A stretch of DNA of 55,247 bases, filler included, from Bipalium vagum (taxonomy: Eukaryota): assembly GCA_037834085.1 (NCBI GenBank). It is 3 parts of 3 records of this genome, joined end to end, with 100 filler letters (N's around TTAATTAATTAA, not from the genome) between each part and the next. Parts side by side here need not be neighbours in the genome. Positions count along the whole stretch, not along the records: positions 36,970 to 55,247 come from JBBMKC010034178.1; 2 more parts are not named here. One strand, written 5' to 3'. Shown in pieces: positions 40,307 through 52,520 of the stretch (positions within the stretch are counted from its first letter, which is position 1; every line of letters begins with the position of its first letter). The notes below the pieces were generated by a model. That model was not told where the DNA came from and did not search any database. It saw only the letters and a program-made list of their open reading frames with translations. The position numbers and the translations under genes are program-made.

Positions 40307-41759
40307 AATTATCATGGAAATCACTTTAATAAATAAAAGCATGTTGTTGTTTTAGAAATTTTGTAAAACATATTCATTTAAAATATAACATTGATTGTTT
40401 GCAACTTTTATTATTATTTTTTAAAAATAACTTATTATTGTCTCTATTATTATCATTATTTATTATTATTTTCATTATTAATATCATTATTATTATTATT
40501 GTCATTTTCATTATTATTTATTTGTATTAATATGAAACATTATTTTTTAACATATTAGTGGTATAAAGTTTCATCAAATACCGTTTCGTGGATGGTTCTG
40601 ATAGCATTAGATATAAAATATTTTGTCAAAACTGTAGCTGTATTAATATGGATCAGATATCTCGAATGATGCGATGACATTTCCCCAATAAATTAATCCG
40701 TTCTGTATTTTCCCCATTTACACGAAATTCTCATTAAAATCCTGTTCGAGAATTTGCAATTTGCCACGGTCTCGTTGCCAAATGAGATCTCTCTCGAAGC
40801 CTGATATTGGATAGCAGAGAGGACATGGTTTTAATTAATTCCCCAGGGCCGAATTTCGTGGAGAATGTGTCAATATTTTATTTTTTGTATTTCATAGAGC
40901 AAAAATCGAAATTATTGAAATTTTTCTTGAAATCACATTTTATTGACAATTGTTAGTCCAAGTTAAACTTTAGATTAACCAATCTCCCCAAAGATCTGGT
41001 TCGTAAATCTTTTAGTTGTATTACCCAACACTGTTCCGTTAAGTAATATAACATGTAAGTCCAAAACCTTCATTCAATCAAAACAACCAATCATAAAGAA
41101 ATATCAAGGTTAACCAAATGTTTTGTTAAAGTCTCGTCACTTCAGCAGACATTGCACCATTCACAATTAGTAATATTGATAATCGATTAAAACAATCAAT
41201 TAATTGAAAAATATCGATGCTATTGTTTATTATAAATGTACCTCAATTATAAAATGACAAAAAGTATATCTCACCGATCTGCTTGACTCAGGTTCTTCAG
41301 TGAACTATCTGGTGGCCGATTAGACACAAGGCTCACTTGGCACCCGAGCTTTATCAATTGTATAATTGTTCCTTAAAACTCTACGCCGTCCCCGATCGTC
41401 ATAACGCTCGGATGTGTAAATATTTTTAAACATTACTTTTCCAATATAAGTTCAGAGATATTGATCAGCAGAACCAGACTCAAGGATCAAACTTTAATCA
41501 TTTCTAAAGCCTGTTGCACTGATCTTTAGTTATGAACACAGCATATAGATGAAGATAGATTAGGGAAATGCAAGGGGGTATAAAGTATCCACCAGTCCCT
41601 GGTACTTACCCTTTTTATCAACGGACATGTTACCTGTGTAAATTGACATGTCCGTGGCCAATTTATTTTGTCTAGGACTGTTCAACAATTATAATTATTA
41701 AAATATTAAAAATAAAATATAAATAATAATTATAATATATGTATTTTAGATAAATATCA

Positions 41760-42170
41760 GTTTCCTCATCAACGTTATCAGGGTTCTGGTTCTGAAGTTG
41801 AGAGCGAACAATTCGTCGGATATCTGTCAAGCGAAGTTAGTTTTAATGTTTCTTTAATTGCAAACTCGTTACCTCCAACAAAGGGTTGAACGGATCGATT
41901 AAGACTCATCCAAAGGGTTGACAGGCAAATTGACTTCGTTTTGGGATTAGTTTATTTTGTTTTAATAATTGGATTTAAAAATACTCATTCAAAGTCCGAC
42001 AATACCCATGATCCTCCGATTCTTTTCAGTGTAATTTTTTTAAAGAAAAATAATTGAATTAATTTTTTTTATTCAATACCGACTTGATCATTTCACAGAG
42101 TATTCACAACGCCCTGGGTCGAATTTTCGCTCATTATTAATTAAAAAAAATCAAACCATCTCTGGGAAGA
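41760..42170 (-). mobile_element. Possible Merlin transposase remnant
   Basis: KRIGGS and PFVGG remnants, heavily frameshifted. Confidence 0.3.
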
Positions 42171-43199
42171 AATTTCAAATTTTTCTTTTTGCAAATAATT
42201 CAGATATAATAATTAATAATAATCCATGATAATAATTTTATTTTTTATGGTGACAAAATTTTCACATGCTTAGAACACTTTTTATTTATTTTATATCAAT
42301 AATTAGTAATATATAAATAAATAAATAAATAATAATGAAAGGAAATTTAATTTTTTATATTTTATATATTTTAAGAGTTCTATGGAAACATTTATTTTTT
42401 TCAACTTAAAATGATAATTTGAAAAAAAATAATTAAACATCGCGATTTAACCTAAATAATTAAAAATAAAAATTTAATTAAAATAATTAAAAATCAATAT
42501 TTAATTTAAATATCTAAAAATCATTATTCAAATTAAATAATTGATAATCAATATTTTATATATATAATTGATAATCAATATTTTATTTATATAATTATAA
42601 ATCAATATTTAAATTAAATTATTAAAAAATCCCTATTTAAATTAAATAATTTAAAATCAATATTTTCTTTATATAATTAAAAATTAATATTTAGTTCAAA
42701 TAAACAATATATAATTAAAAAGTCAGTCCTTTTAATTTAAATAAAACAAATTCTAATTAAAATTATTGTCACTAATATCATTAATTACATTTTATTTTAT
42801 TGCATGGAATTTTGAATTGATCAGCTTCTGTGTTAATTCCCGGCCGCCCTTTACCAATCAATACCGGCCAGATTTTTCTTTCATCTTTAATCTCATACTT
42901 TTTTCAAGACTAAAAGTTATTGTTCTTACAAAATCTTGTAAATAGTCTGAAACTTTACTGGTACTGTTAAATTGCGAATGTTCACTAATGTGTTAATTAA
43001 ACAAATAAACAGCGGATTAAAAATGTCCGCCTAAAATTTTAATAGGAAATATGACTAGGGGAAAACAGAAAGAACTTTTTTGGTAACCCAATAATTAAAT
43101 ATTGAACATACAAATTTTAATAACAGTTTGAGCACAATTAAATAAAAAAATAGAGATAAATGGTGCAAAGGTTAAAAAATAATATCATTATTGATTTAG

Positions 43200-43377
43200 G
43201 ACTGCGATTAAGGCCGCCGTTTTGCTTATACCTCTGCTGGGCGTAGTTAACTTTGTGCAAATGATCAAGGTTCAATACGGCTCCACTGCATTCACAGTTT
43301 TGAGTGTTTTGCAGGCCCTCCTTCCTGCCTACCAGGGTCTGATGGTATCTATCGTTTTCTGTCTGATAAATAAAGAT
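43200..43377 (+). CDS. Internal exon of a class B (secretin-family) GPCR, TM6-TM7; PDF-receptor-like
   Basis: tttag|G ACT...GAT|gtgagt encodes TAIKAAVLLIPLLGVVNFV...AYQGLMVSIVFCLINKD, with the class B motifs PLLG and QG.....C..N. Confidence 0.85.
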
Positions 43378-43546
43378 GTGAGTCCCATTTTGTTCATTTT
43401 AATAATTCATCATCATTTTATACATTTTTTTCATTTGAAAAAGATGTCTGAAAAAAATTAAAACTAATTCCAAAACATCTTTTTGATAAATTAAAACGAA
43501 ATAAAAATAGTCTGAATCGATTAAAACAATTAATCAATATTTATTC

Positions 43547-44830
43547 CAGTGGACGTCGGTTAATACGATACCGATTAATACGATTTTCTGGATAATACTG
43601 GATATATATAATCGGAGCCTTTTTAATATACATATATAATGTTGATATATAAAACCATCGCTCAATACAATATCGCATAATACGATAAATCGTTTACGAT
43701 TACGTTTGAAATTAAATCTTATTAAATTTTTCAAAATCGCTTAAATCAATATTTATATTTATTTTGTGTAAATTTCCACAGAAATCCAAAATTTCTAAAA
43801 ATAAATACTAAAAATATAAAAAATATAAATGTTCTCAATCTACTGTGGCAACCATCAAATGCAATGACATCAATATTCACGAAATGTTTTTTCGCAATGA
43901 GAAAGATACAGTCATGCGATGTCGAAATTGTACCGCTTTTGAACTGGATAATGCTCTGTTTATGTGGTTTAAAGAGCGATGTGATCAAAATTGCATGGTA
44001 TCTGGTCGTGGAAAAAGTTATTTTCAAATGAATTTGAGTTATAAACCAGATGTACCATGGATTGAAAAGTGGAATAAACTGTACAATATTATAGCAGAAA
44101 ATGCAAGCGCTGACATTTCTGAGCTGATTATTACATTGTTACCGGATATGATTCTAGAAATATATATATAAAGCTGATGAGACCGCAATATGATATAAGA
44201 CATTATCCAATGGACATTAAATTTTCAAAAATTGGATCCACTAGCTGGTTATAAAAATTCTAAAGAAAGGTTTACTTTGCTGATTTTAACAAATGCTAAT
44301 TGATGAAAACATTTTATTAAATGATAATATTGATGAGATTATGAAAAGAGAAGATTTTGATCATTTTTATGAATGTGATAAAGAACAACCTATCACCTTG
44401 ATACTAAACAGACACAGATATCTGTGACAAACGAAGATGATTCTTTTGCTGAAACTATTTAACTGGCGAAGTGTAACAGTATATCAGCGCTGAAGACGGG
44501 TTATATTATGTTATTTACATTCACTTAATAACCCTTTTCACTTACCTTTAGGAAAAAAATCTTAGTGCTGAAATGGAATTAACTTTGTAATTGAAGATGG
44601 CATCTTAAATAAACCACAATGATGTAAACAGTTATCCATACCGGACTTCTTTAAAATAAATAAAATGATATGTATTTTTAATTAATATTTTAGAATCAAT
44701 ATTCTTTTTTTTATTTAAAATTACACAATATTTATTACCCAATCATATCAAGTAAACTTCTTTTAATAAGTTATATCGATTACGATAATTTTTGGATGTC
44801 CCGTCAATATCGTATTAAGCAAAGTCTTTG
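43547..44830 (+). mobile_element. Decayed Tigger/pogo element (probably in a GPCR intron)
   Basis: Imperfect TIRs sharing TTAATACGATA; ELDNALFMWF (CENP-B HTH), IYKADETA, KNSKERFTL. Confidence 0.8.
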
Positions 44831-45759
44831 TATTATTATTTAATTTTTTTGATGAAATGAAATATTTTAGAATATTTGAGGATGTTGCTCCGGTAAATTA
44901 TTTTTGTTTTATTTTATTTTGTGAAACTTTTTTTATATTTTTCTTTTTATTCAATTTAGTTTAATTTAACTTATTTTAAATTACCAAAGCTTATCCTAAA
45001 AAGCACTGGGTTTTGTATTTTAATACTAAACATTTCTTCGGAGGCGTTTTACTTTATTTTGCCTTGGAGAAAACAGGGATGGAAATCTTGTAGTAAATTT
45101 TGTTTTAATCCGAAACGATTACAAAATGAGTTGTATTAAATCTTCACATTGACAATATCGATATTGATTTTTTTTATCTGAGAAGAAACTTTCGGAAATT
45201 AAATTTCCCTGATTTTGTCTTTTTACATTTATTTTATTGGTGAATATGTAATAAAAATGTCTTGAATAAATTAACAACGATTGAAAAATATAATCAAAAA
45301 AGTCTTTTAAACGAGAATATCTGATTAAAACAATCCCTGTTTTATTTTTCAATTTTCCGCCATTTTATATTTTTTATAATATTATTTTTATGCAATTATT
45401 TTTATATAATTTTTAATATTTTATATTATTTTGTCAGGTCTAATAATAATTAATATCGTTTTAATCTTCCTATACTTTTAAAATCTGTGTCAGAATTTAT
45501 TACCCTGACCTCTAAACAAGTTAAAGATACAGTAAGGGTTGACAATTATGATTTTTTATTAAATAAAGATTTCTTGTATTGATTTATTTTATTCAGTTTG
45601 ATTTAAATTTTAAAATTTTGGATGAAAGACGCTGTATACCTTATGAATTTTAGTTAAGAAGAAAAGCAACAGAAGCTGAAAAGAATATCTGTATCGCCAT
45701 TGACTAAAGGGAAGTTGATGACAAAAAACACCAGTAAAAATATAACAAGTAGACAATGG

Positions 45760-46400
45760 CGTGTATTCAGTTGTGACCAGGATGCACTTGAACCCAATCA
45801 ATTGACATAAATGAGAAAGATTCAAAAATTAAGAAAATGAATTCCTCACAAATTATCAGAAATCAATTGCAATCAGAGAATCAAAAATTGAAAGTCACTT
45901 TTATCATTTTAAAACTATTTTCAATTTTTGGGTCAAATTGTTACTGGTGACGAAAAATGAGTGTTTGTCCTTAATCGGAAGAGATCATCTCAATGGTTGA
46001 AAAAGGTGACACATTGCAGATCACATTTAAGCCAGATTGCACACAAAAAGTTTTTGATATATTGTTCTCAAATGGAAAGGCTAAGTGAAGTTTGAAATAA
46101 CGAACAGCTCTAGTCAATCAAAAGGATGTGAATGTTCACTACGTCAACACACGTCCCCACTGTACAAGGATCACAGAAGAAAAATTACGCAAGTTAAGAT
46201 GGGTAGTTCTGCCTCAACTAAATTATCTCCTGATATTGCCTCTTTCGATTACCGTTTATTTCATTTCTTACAAAGTTTTCTTGCTGGCAGAAAAATTTAA
46301 TCATGAAGAGCTGCTCAAAACTGCAGTAACCGATTTTATTCAGTCAAAATCACCAGAATTCTACAGTAAGGGAATAAGCATGCTCCCTAATTCACAGAAT
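45760..46400 (+). mobile_element. Mariner transposase pseudogene
   Basis: IPHKLSE, QIVTGDEK, NTRPH, SPDIASFDYRLF, EFYSKGISMLP. Confidence 0.9.
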
Positions 46401-47499
46401 GGAGAAAGCAGAAATCAACCGTTGACTAATGCTTTCTTAAATTATTTCCTTTGGAGATGGAGTACACTTTCAAAATTGTCTCCAGGAATTTTTTTCATCA
46501 AATTCTCTGGATTATATCAAACGACCAATACAAAAACGTCCTGGTCGTTGGGAGCAAGTAATGAATGGAGCACAATATACAATTGATAATTATGTATCGT
46601 TTTTATTGTTTTATTGACAACCGGCGACATTAATAAATCAATAATTATATAAAATTAATATTTTGAAAAACTTAGTTGTTAATTCTTTTTTATTATCGAA
46701 AATTGTCTTTCGTGTTTCTGATTTTTTTAAAAAAAGAATTTTCTAAGACAAAATAAATTTCAGCAAAATTATTTTTTTTTAAAAAAATAATCAATTTTTT
46801 TTAATTTAATTTTTAATAAAATAAATTTATTTAAATTATTTAAAAAATTCGTTATCTTTTATGTTATTTCATATTTTATGTTATTATCACCCGATGTGTT
46901 CTTTAATTTAATGATGACAGGATCTATTGATTTTCCCATTGTCTAGATAGTCTAGCAAAACAAAAAATAAATCACCTGGAAATAACAGTCTTTCGGCGAA
47001 AAAAATCAGTTGATAATTTGAGACCATTTGGGAATTTATTATAATTTATAATCCCAGTTTTGAAATCACTTGACTTCATTCAAACAATAAAATTGCTTTT
47101 TTTCAAATGATATATTTTAAATTAATTTGATTGGCTAAATTCGTTTATTGAATTTAAATATAATCTGTGGTGTTATTTTGATAATCAATAAAATATTAAT
47201 AATAAACAATGTTTAGAATTAAATAATATTATTAAAAAAAATTAAATATAAAAATTTTAAAATAAATTTTCATGAAAAATTAAAACAAGAAAACAAAATC
47301 AAATTTCTTTCAAGGAAAAGGTTTCTGATAAAATATTATTAAGCCCGCGACGAACTAAGAGACTTTTTCCGCAATGGAGAGGACCTGGTGGACAATTGAG
47401 AACCGCACCCTCTCTGGGATGGAATCCTTAATAAGTCTGGGTTGGGGATTCGGAAATTATAATTGAATTGCAGAAAGAAATGACTTCGAAATTTTCCCA

Positions 47500-48120
47500 A
47501 ATTAAATTATGATAATGGCAGCCAATTTCCATTTTGCCAGCATTATCCAATAAATTTCCTAAAGTGAAATTGAAGGATTATTAGCGATGTTAACATAAAG
47601 GAAATTGACTATTTATTATGTCAATATCTGATGCCCCATAATCATTAGCCTCGTTTAGAAGGGAATGTCTCAATCAATGTATTCGAAAAAATAAAGACCC
47701 GCTGATGTTTGGCTGTTAGGAAATTAATGTTGTTTTCAAAAGCTGAAGTATTCTTTTTGTTTAAACTCATCAATTTCATTTATTAACAGTACGACCTTGA
47801 AAAGGACAATATATATTATTGGTTTTGGTGATTGTTTAAATAATTTAATCATTGTTTTTAAGAAGGCCATGGATGAGAAACTTTTGTGGTACATTATGTT
47901 GTATGAATTCAAAATATCTCCTGTGTTGCTTCTGTGGTGAAATATCTATTCGATTGTCAATAAGATACTTTGTAGTGAACATTAGGAATCCTTTTTTGAA
48001 TAACATTCTTTCAGGATACAATAGAAAAAATTAATACATAAATGACAACGCGTTATAGATATTGATGGAGGGTAGCTAGTTGATTGACTATCGGACTTTC
48101 TTGACTTTAGCTCGGAATGG
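47500..48120 (-). mobile_element. Possible decayed Penelope-like reverse transcriptase
   Basis: PIVNQ, MFTT and FKQK remnants in RT domain order, with many lesions. Confidence 0.35.
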
Positions 48121-48959
48121 TTTTGATTTCTTCGTAACCTTATGTTTTAATTAAGTAAGAACAGCTTACTAGTAAAAAAAAACCTATCCCAAACAATCTA
48201 ATTATTGAAGAGAACTTTAATCATATACTTAAATGGTTTCAAAGAAAGTTTTATTATTATTAATCGTTTTACGTCTCACTTAAGGTTCGTTTGGCTATAC
48301 ATCGCAGCTATAACAAGTACAGAACCAGGACTAATAGCAACATGGGTCTTCAGTTGAAAGTCGGTACTTGTGGCTCAAGATGTCGGGGACAATCGAATTT
48401 GAATACCGTTTCTTCGACAATGATATCGAATTCTGAAACTAAAATTTTGTTTAAGGACTAGCGGTGGTTTCTCAAGTCCCACCTATTGATGTATAGCATT
48501 ACGTATTCAGTTGTAAAGTTTTGTGTTTAATTATCTCATGTTTACCCTTGAAAGGTGTTATATCATTAAAGAAATCTTTCGTTTGGTGTTTTTATATTAT
48601 AATTTTTCCTTTTTGTAGTTTAACATATTAAAACGCAGAAAGGTAGTTTCCAGATCAACCAAATTAATTTGACTAATTAACTTTTAAGTGAAAAACCTTT
48701 AAATTTAAATATAAATAAATATATATATATTATTTATTAAATAAAATTATTATTTATTAAATTATTTTTATTACGAGTAAAAGTAATACAATGAAAAGAA
48801 AATTTAACCAATCAAAAATCAGCAAATATCCTTTATTAAAATCATATAAGAATATAAAAATATTTTTATTAGTTTTATTATCATGGCCGTCGAAATAAAT
48901 CCGGAAAAATTATAATCTTAAATAAAAATTGTAAATAAACAAAACTAACAATTTAATTC

Positions 48960-49430
48960 AAAAAAATTTGGCACGTAACTGAATGAAATTGCCTCGACTC
49001 GAGAGCGGAATGCACTGCATATTTACTTGACCTTTTCTGTCGAATCTAGGCATTATCTCCATAATGGCATCCTGTATGGCCTTGGTTGTGTTTTGAATTT
49101 TGAGTTAAGTTGTTTATTATGACATTTTCTTTGGGCATTGAGTGTATATGTGTCCTTTGCTTCGGTATCTTTTTTTGAACTTATAAACTTGAGACTCGTT
49201 GCAGTCAAATCAATAGTTTATTTCTTTTGGCTTTCTTTCGGCCCGAAGTGATTTCAACACTATTGCTATTCGCTCATATTCTGAACTCATAGCTAATATT
49301 AAATTATTCGAAATTGATTAATCTACTTTATTGATAAATTAGCTTACTTAAACAAAACTAATTATAATGATTAAACAAATATTAATATAATTTTGAAAAT
49401 ATTCTGCATTTATCTCAAGCACCGTGTAGG
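48960..49430 (-). mobile_element. Internally deleted maT/DD37D-like Tc1-mariner element
   Basis: MSSEYERIAIVLKSLRAERKPKEI (HTH) joined to AIQDAIME..FRSRVEA (C-terminus); TACACGGTGC terminus. Confidence 0.55.
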
Positions 49431-50898
49431 TAATATTGCAGCCAGTCAAAAATATATTTTATTATGGTACTGTAAAAATTTTAAAAGAAAAATCAAGATT
49501 AGACGAATTGTTGAATTAGATACATTAAAGACTCTGCTTCATCCAATGAATTCTTAATAGAAAGGTTATTATTAGGTTGTCTAAAAACGTATTGCGCTTT
49601 TGATATTGCATATATATATTTCGCTTTGTAAAAAGATTTGAAAATTAATTATATATTTTTCTTTGTCTTAATTTTAGCATCGTTGTTTATTTATTCGTTT
49701 TGTGCGAAATTTGTTTATATTGATAATATAACTTAAGAATATTTGTCAAATGAAAAGGCGAAAATTGATCATTAAGGACCCAAAACAGAAAAGACAGCCA
49801 CAAAAAAATGTTTCACAACAATAAAAAAAATGGGCGAATTTTCAAAACCCATGAAAACTTTTTTCCTACCTTGAAGAAACATATGTCATTGTTATTCTTT
49901 ATAAAAATATTATACCAAAAAATTGGATAACAAATGTACAAGAATCTTGTACAATTTTCAATAAGAGATATCTCGACCTGTAAATAAACTTGGATGTCTT
50001 GCCATCTCGAACTATTAGATTCACACTTATTGAATTATATAACAGATATTGTGTTTCGCGTAAAGTTCTTAAAATATTTTAAAAAGGATAACTTCCGGTA
50101 AAAAGAAGTACTAAAAGTTATGATTTACATGAGGAATTTGAAAAAAATTTGATTTCTTTGCATTATTTGCTTTCGGTGAACCTAATAATGATAATAATAA
50201 TAATAATATTATTATTATCAATGATAAATGGTGCAACTCCTAGCTCATTTAACTTGCTAGAAGGTTGCTATTGGCTATGTTAAATGAGCTTGCTATAAGA
50301 AAAACTCTCGAACAACGTATACCTTTATTTTTTAAAAATTTAGTATAACTCTTTTAATTACAGACAACAGAAATATCACACTCAATCATCAAGCAAATTA
50401 CCTCTGCTACTGCTGTACCAGGCTACACATGGTGAACTGCAATGAAAATTGATTATCTTCGATAATTTGTAAAACCAACAAATAATTAATTTATGCTGGT
50501 TTATATACTAATTTGTATTATAATTTAAGTTAATCTGCCAATCATGGCGCTTTGTCTTTGGATAAGTATTACTAAAATATAATTAAATATTTCTAAATTG
50601 TACTCAGAAAACTGATTCGTAGTTTACGATAACATGCTACTGATTAAAAATGAGTAGTTATTCCTAAACGAATATTTTTAATTCGATTTCATAAAATTGA
50701 TTAATTAATTATTTAATTTAATACTTAATATATTAAAATAAATAATATTAAAATATCACTATTAAAATTCTTAAAGAACCTTGTTTATTTAATCAAATGC
50801 ATAAGACGATATCTCATGTAACAAATTAACCTTTCTAATATTTCCAATTTCTTTTTGGATTTAATAATGAACCATAACGTTTATTATGATTATTATGA

Positions 50899-50936
<38 letters not shown>

Positions 50937-51376
50937 TTATTGTAAATGAAAATAGTCCTCATTTTCTCCCATTATGTTATATTTAGATATCAGTAATTTC
51001 TTTTGCACGGAAAAGTCTCGTGCCAAATCTGATAAGAAAATATTTTAATTAAGTTAATTAATTTTCTCTCCGGAAACAGTCATGCATAATTAATTTAATA
51101 AAGATAATTTATTCTTATTTTCCTTTGAAAAATAGTTGGATTATTTTGAATTTTGACTTCTGGGAATTATCTGTATTTTTTTGTACCTTATTTAATGCGT
51201 TAATTTATTTATAATACGAAAACTGTTTTAATTTTTTTAACACTCCTCATTTTAAGCACAAAAATAAAAGATAAATGTTCTTAATAAATAATTAAAATTA
51301 AATAAATATTTTTTAAAATATTTTCTAAAGTCCCCTGGTCAATGTCTAATTTAGGAGGATTATAGTTTGCTTAAGA

Positions 51377-51419
<43 letters not shown>

Positions 51420-51429
51420 TAGTATAAAA

Positions 51430-51900
51430 TACAGAGAAGCACTTTCCTATTGGATTAGTGTTCATTGTGGGGGTCAGTGCATATGTTCAATATTTCTTTC
51501 TTGGGACTAGTGCAAAAAGGATCTGACCAACTTACACTGGAAGATATCTTGCTGGAAAATGGAATTTTCACTACTGATTTCATTTAGGAAAGAAATAAAA
51601 TGATCAATCGAATGCTTCTAATATTCAAATTAGTTTTGCTTTCCAGGAACAAAAGACTTCGTAGAATTGACACTAGTTGCTTTATGACTCGTGTCTCTGA
51701 TAATTACCCGTTTTGTTCCACCTGAGACTTTTTATTTAGGCACACACTTCGTATCATGTGTTTTTGACCGACCTTCTTTTTCTTCCAATATCCTTAAAAT
51801 AATATTGAATAGAACTCTCATGCCTTCATAGTTTAATTTTTATCAATCAGATGGATTTACACATATCTCTTACCATTTCAAAAAACTTTTCTCTTTTTTG
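51430..51900 (-). mobile_element. Tc1 transposase DDE remnant
   Basis: IFQQD and *PPQ..TNPIG (WPPQSPDLNPIE). Confidence 0.55.
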
Positions 51901-52159
51901 TCATCCTGTTACTTATTGACATTTTCTAACATGTAAATGAAGGAGTATATTTACATTTTACACATTTAATGTACTAACCTATCACAATTAAAAATTTCAC
52001 TCTTCTAATCAATAATTATTTTTAAAATTTAGTTTGAAATGGGTGCGAGATTAAATTGTGTCAACAAAATATTTGAATTATTTAAACAAATGTCATTTTA
52101 AATTTGAGTCTAAAAACACTTTAGAAACCAAAAATTTAATTTTTTATTTAAATTTATAA

Positions 52160-52520
52160 ATCTTACTGGAGTGGGAGAAAATCTATGTCATAAATAGAGG
52201 AAGTCTTCAAACCATTTTCCATTTCCAACAGCATGTCGATTTTATACATACATCTCTGCAATACTAGTATTATTAGAAATTAGAAAGTTAACACAAATGA
52301 GATCTTTGGCAGACCATCGAACGGTAAAGATATTTTTTTCCGGTGAAATTCTAGTTTTGAAAATTGTCGGGTACATTCATGAAAACCATACATTGAACAG
52401 GTCGTTAGTTGCAAAATTTCTCTTAGCACTTGATTTCCCAACATGTTTAAACAACAGCTTACTCCATGCCTTAAAAAAAGGTTGATTTAATAAATGATTA
52501 TTTTTTACGTAAATGGATAG
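52160..52520 (-). mobile_element. Possible second Helitron Rep remnant
   Basis: MYGFH, KLEFH and GKW remnants, in the order seen downstream of Helitron Rep motifs. Confidence 0.3.

Noticed and set aside
42440-42720. Degenerate AT-rich tandem repeat and scattered (TAA)n microsatellites
   Set aside because: Ordinary low-complexity sequence for this composition.
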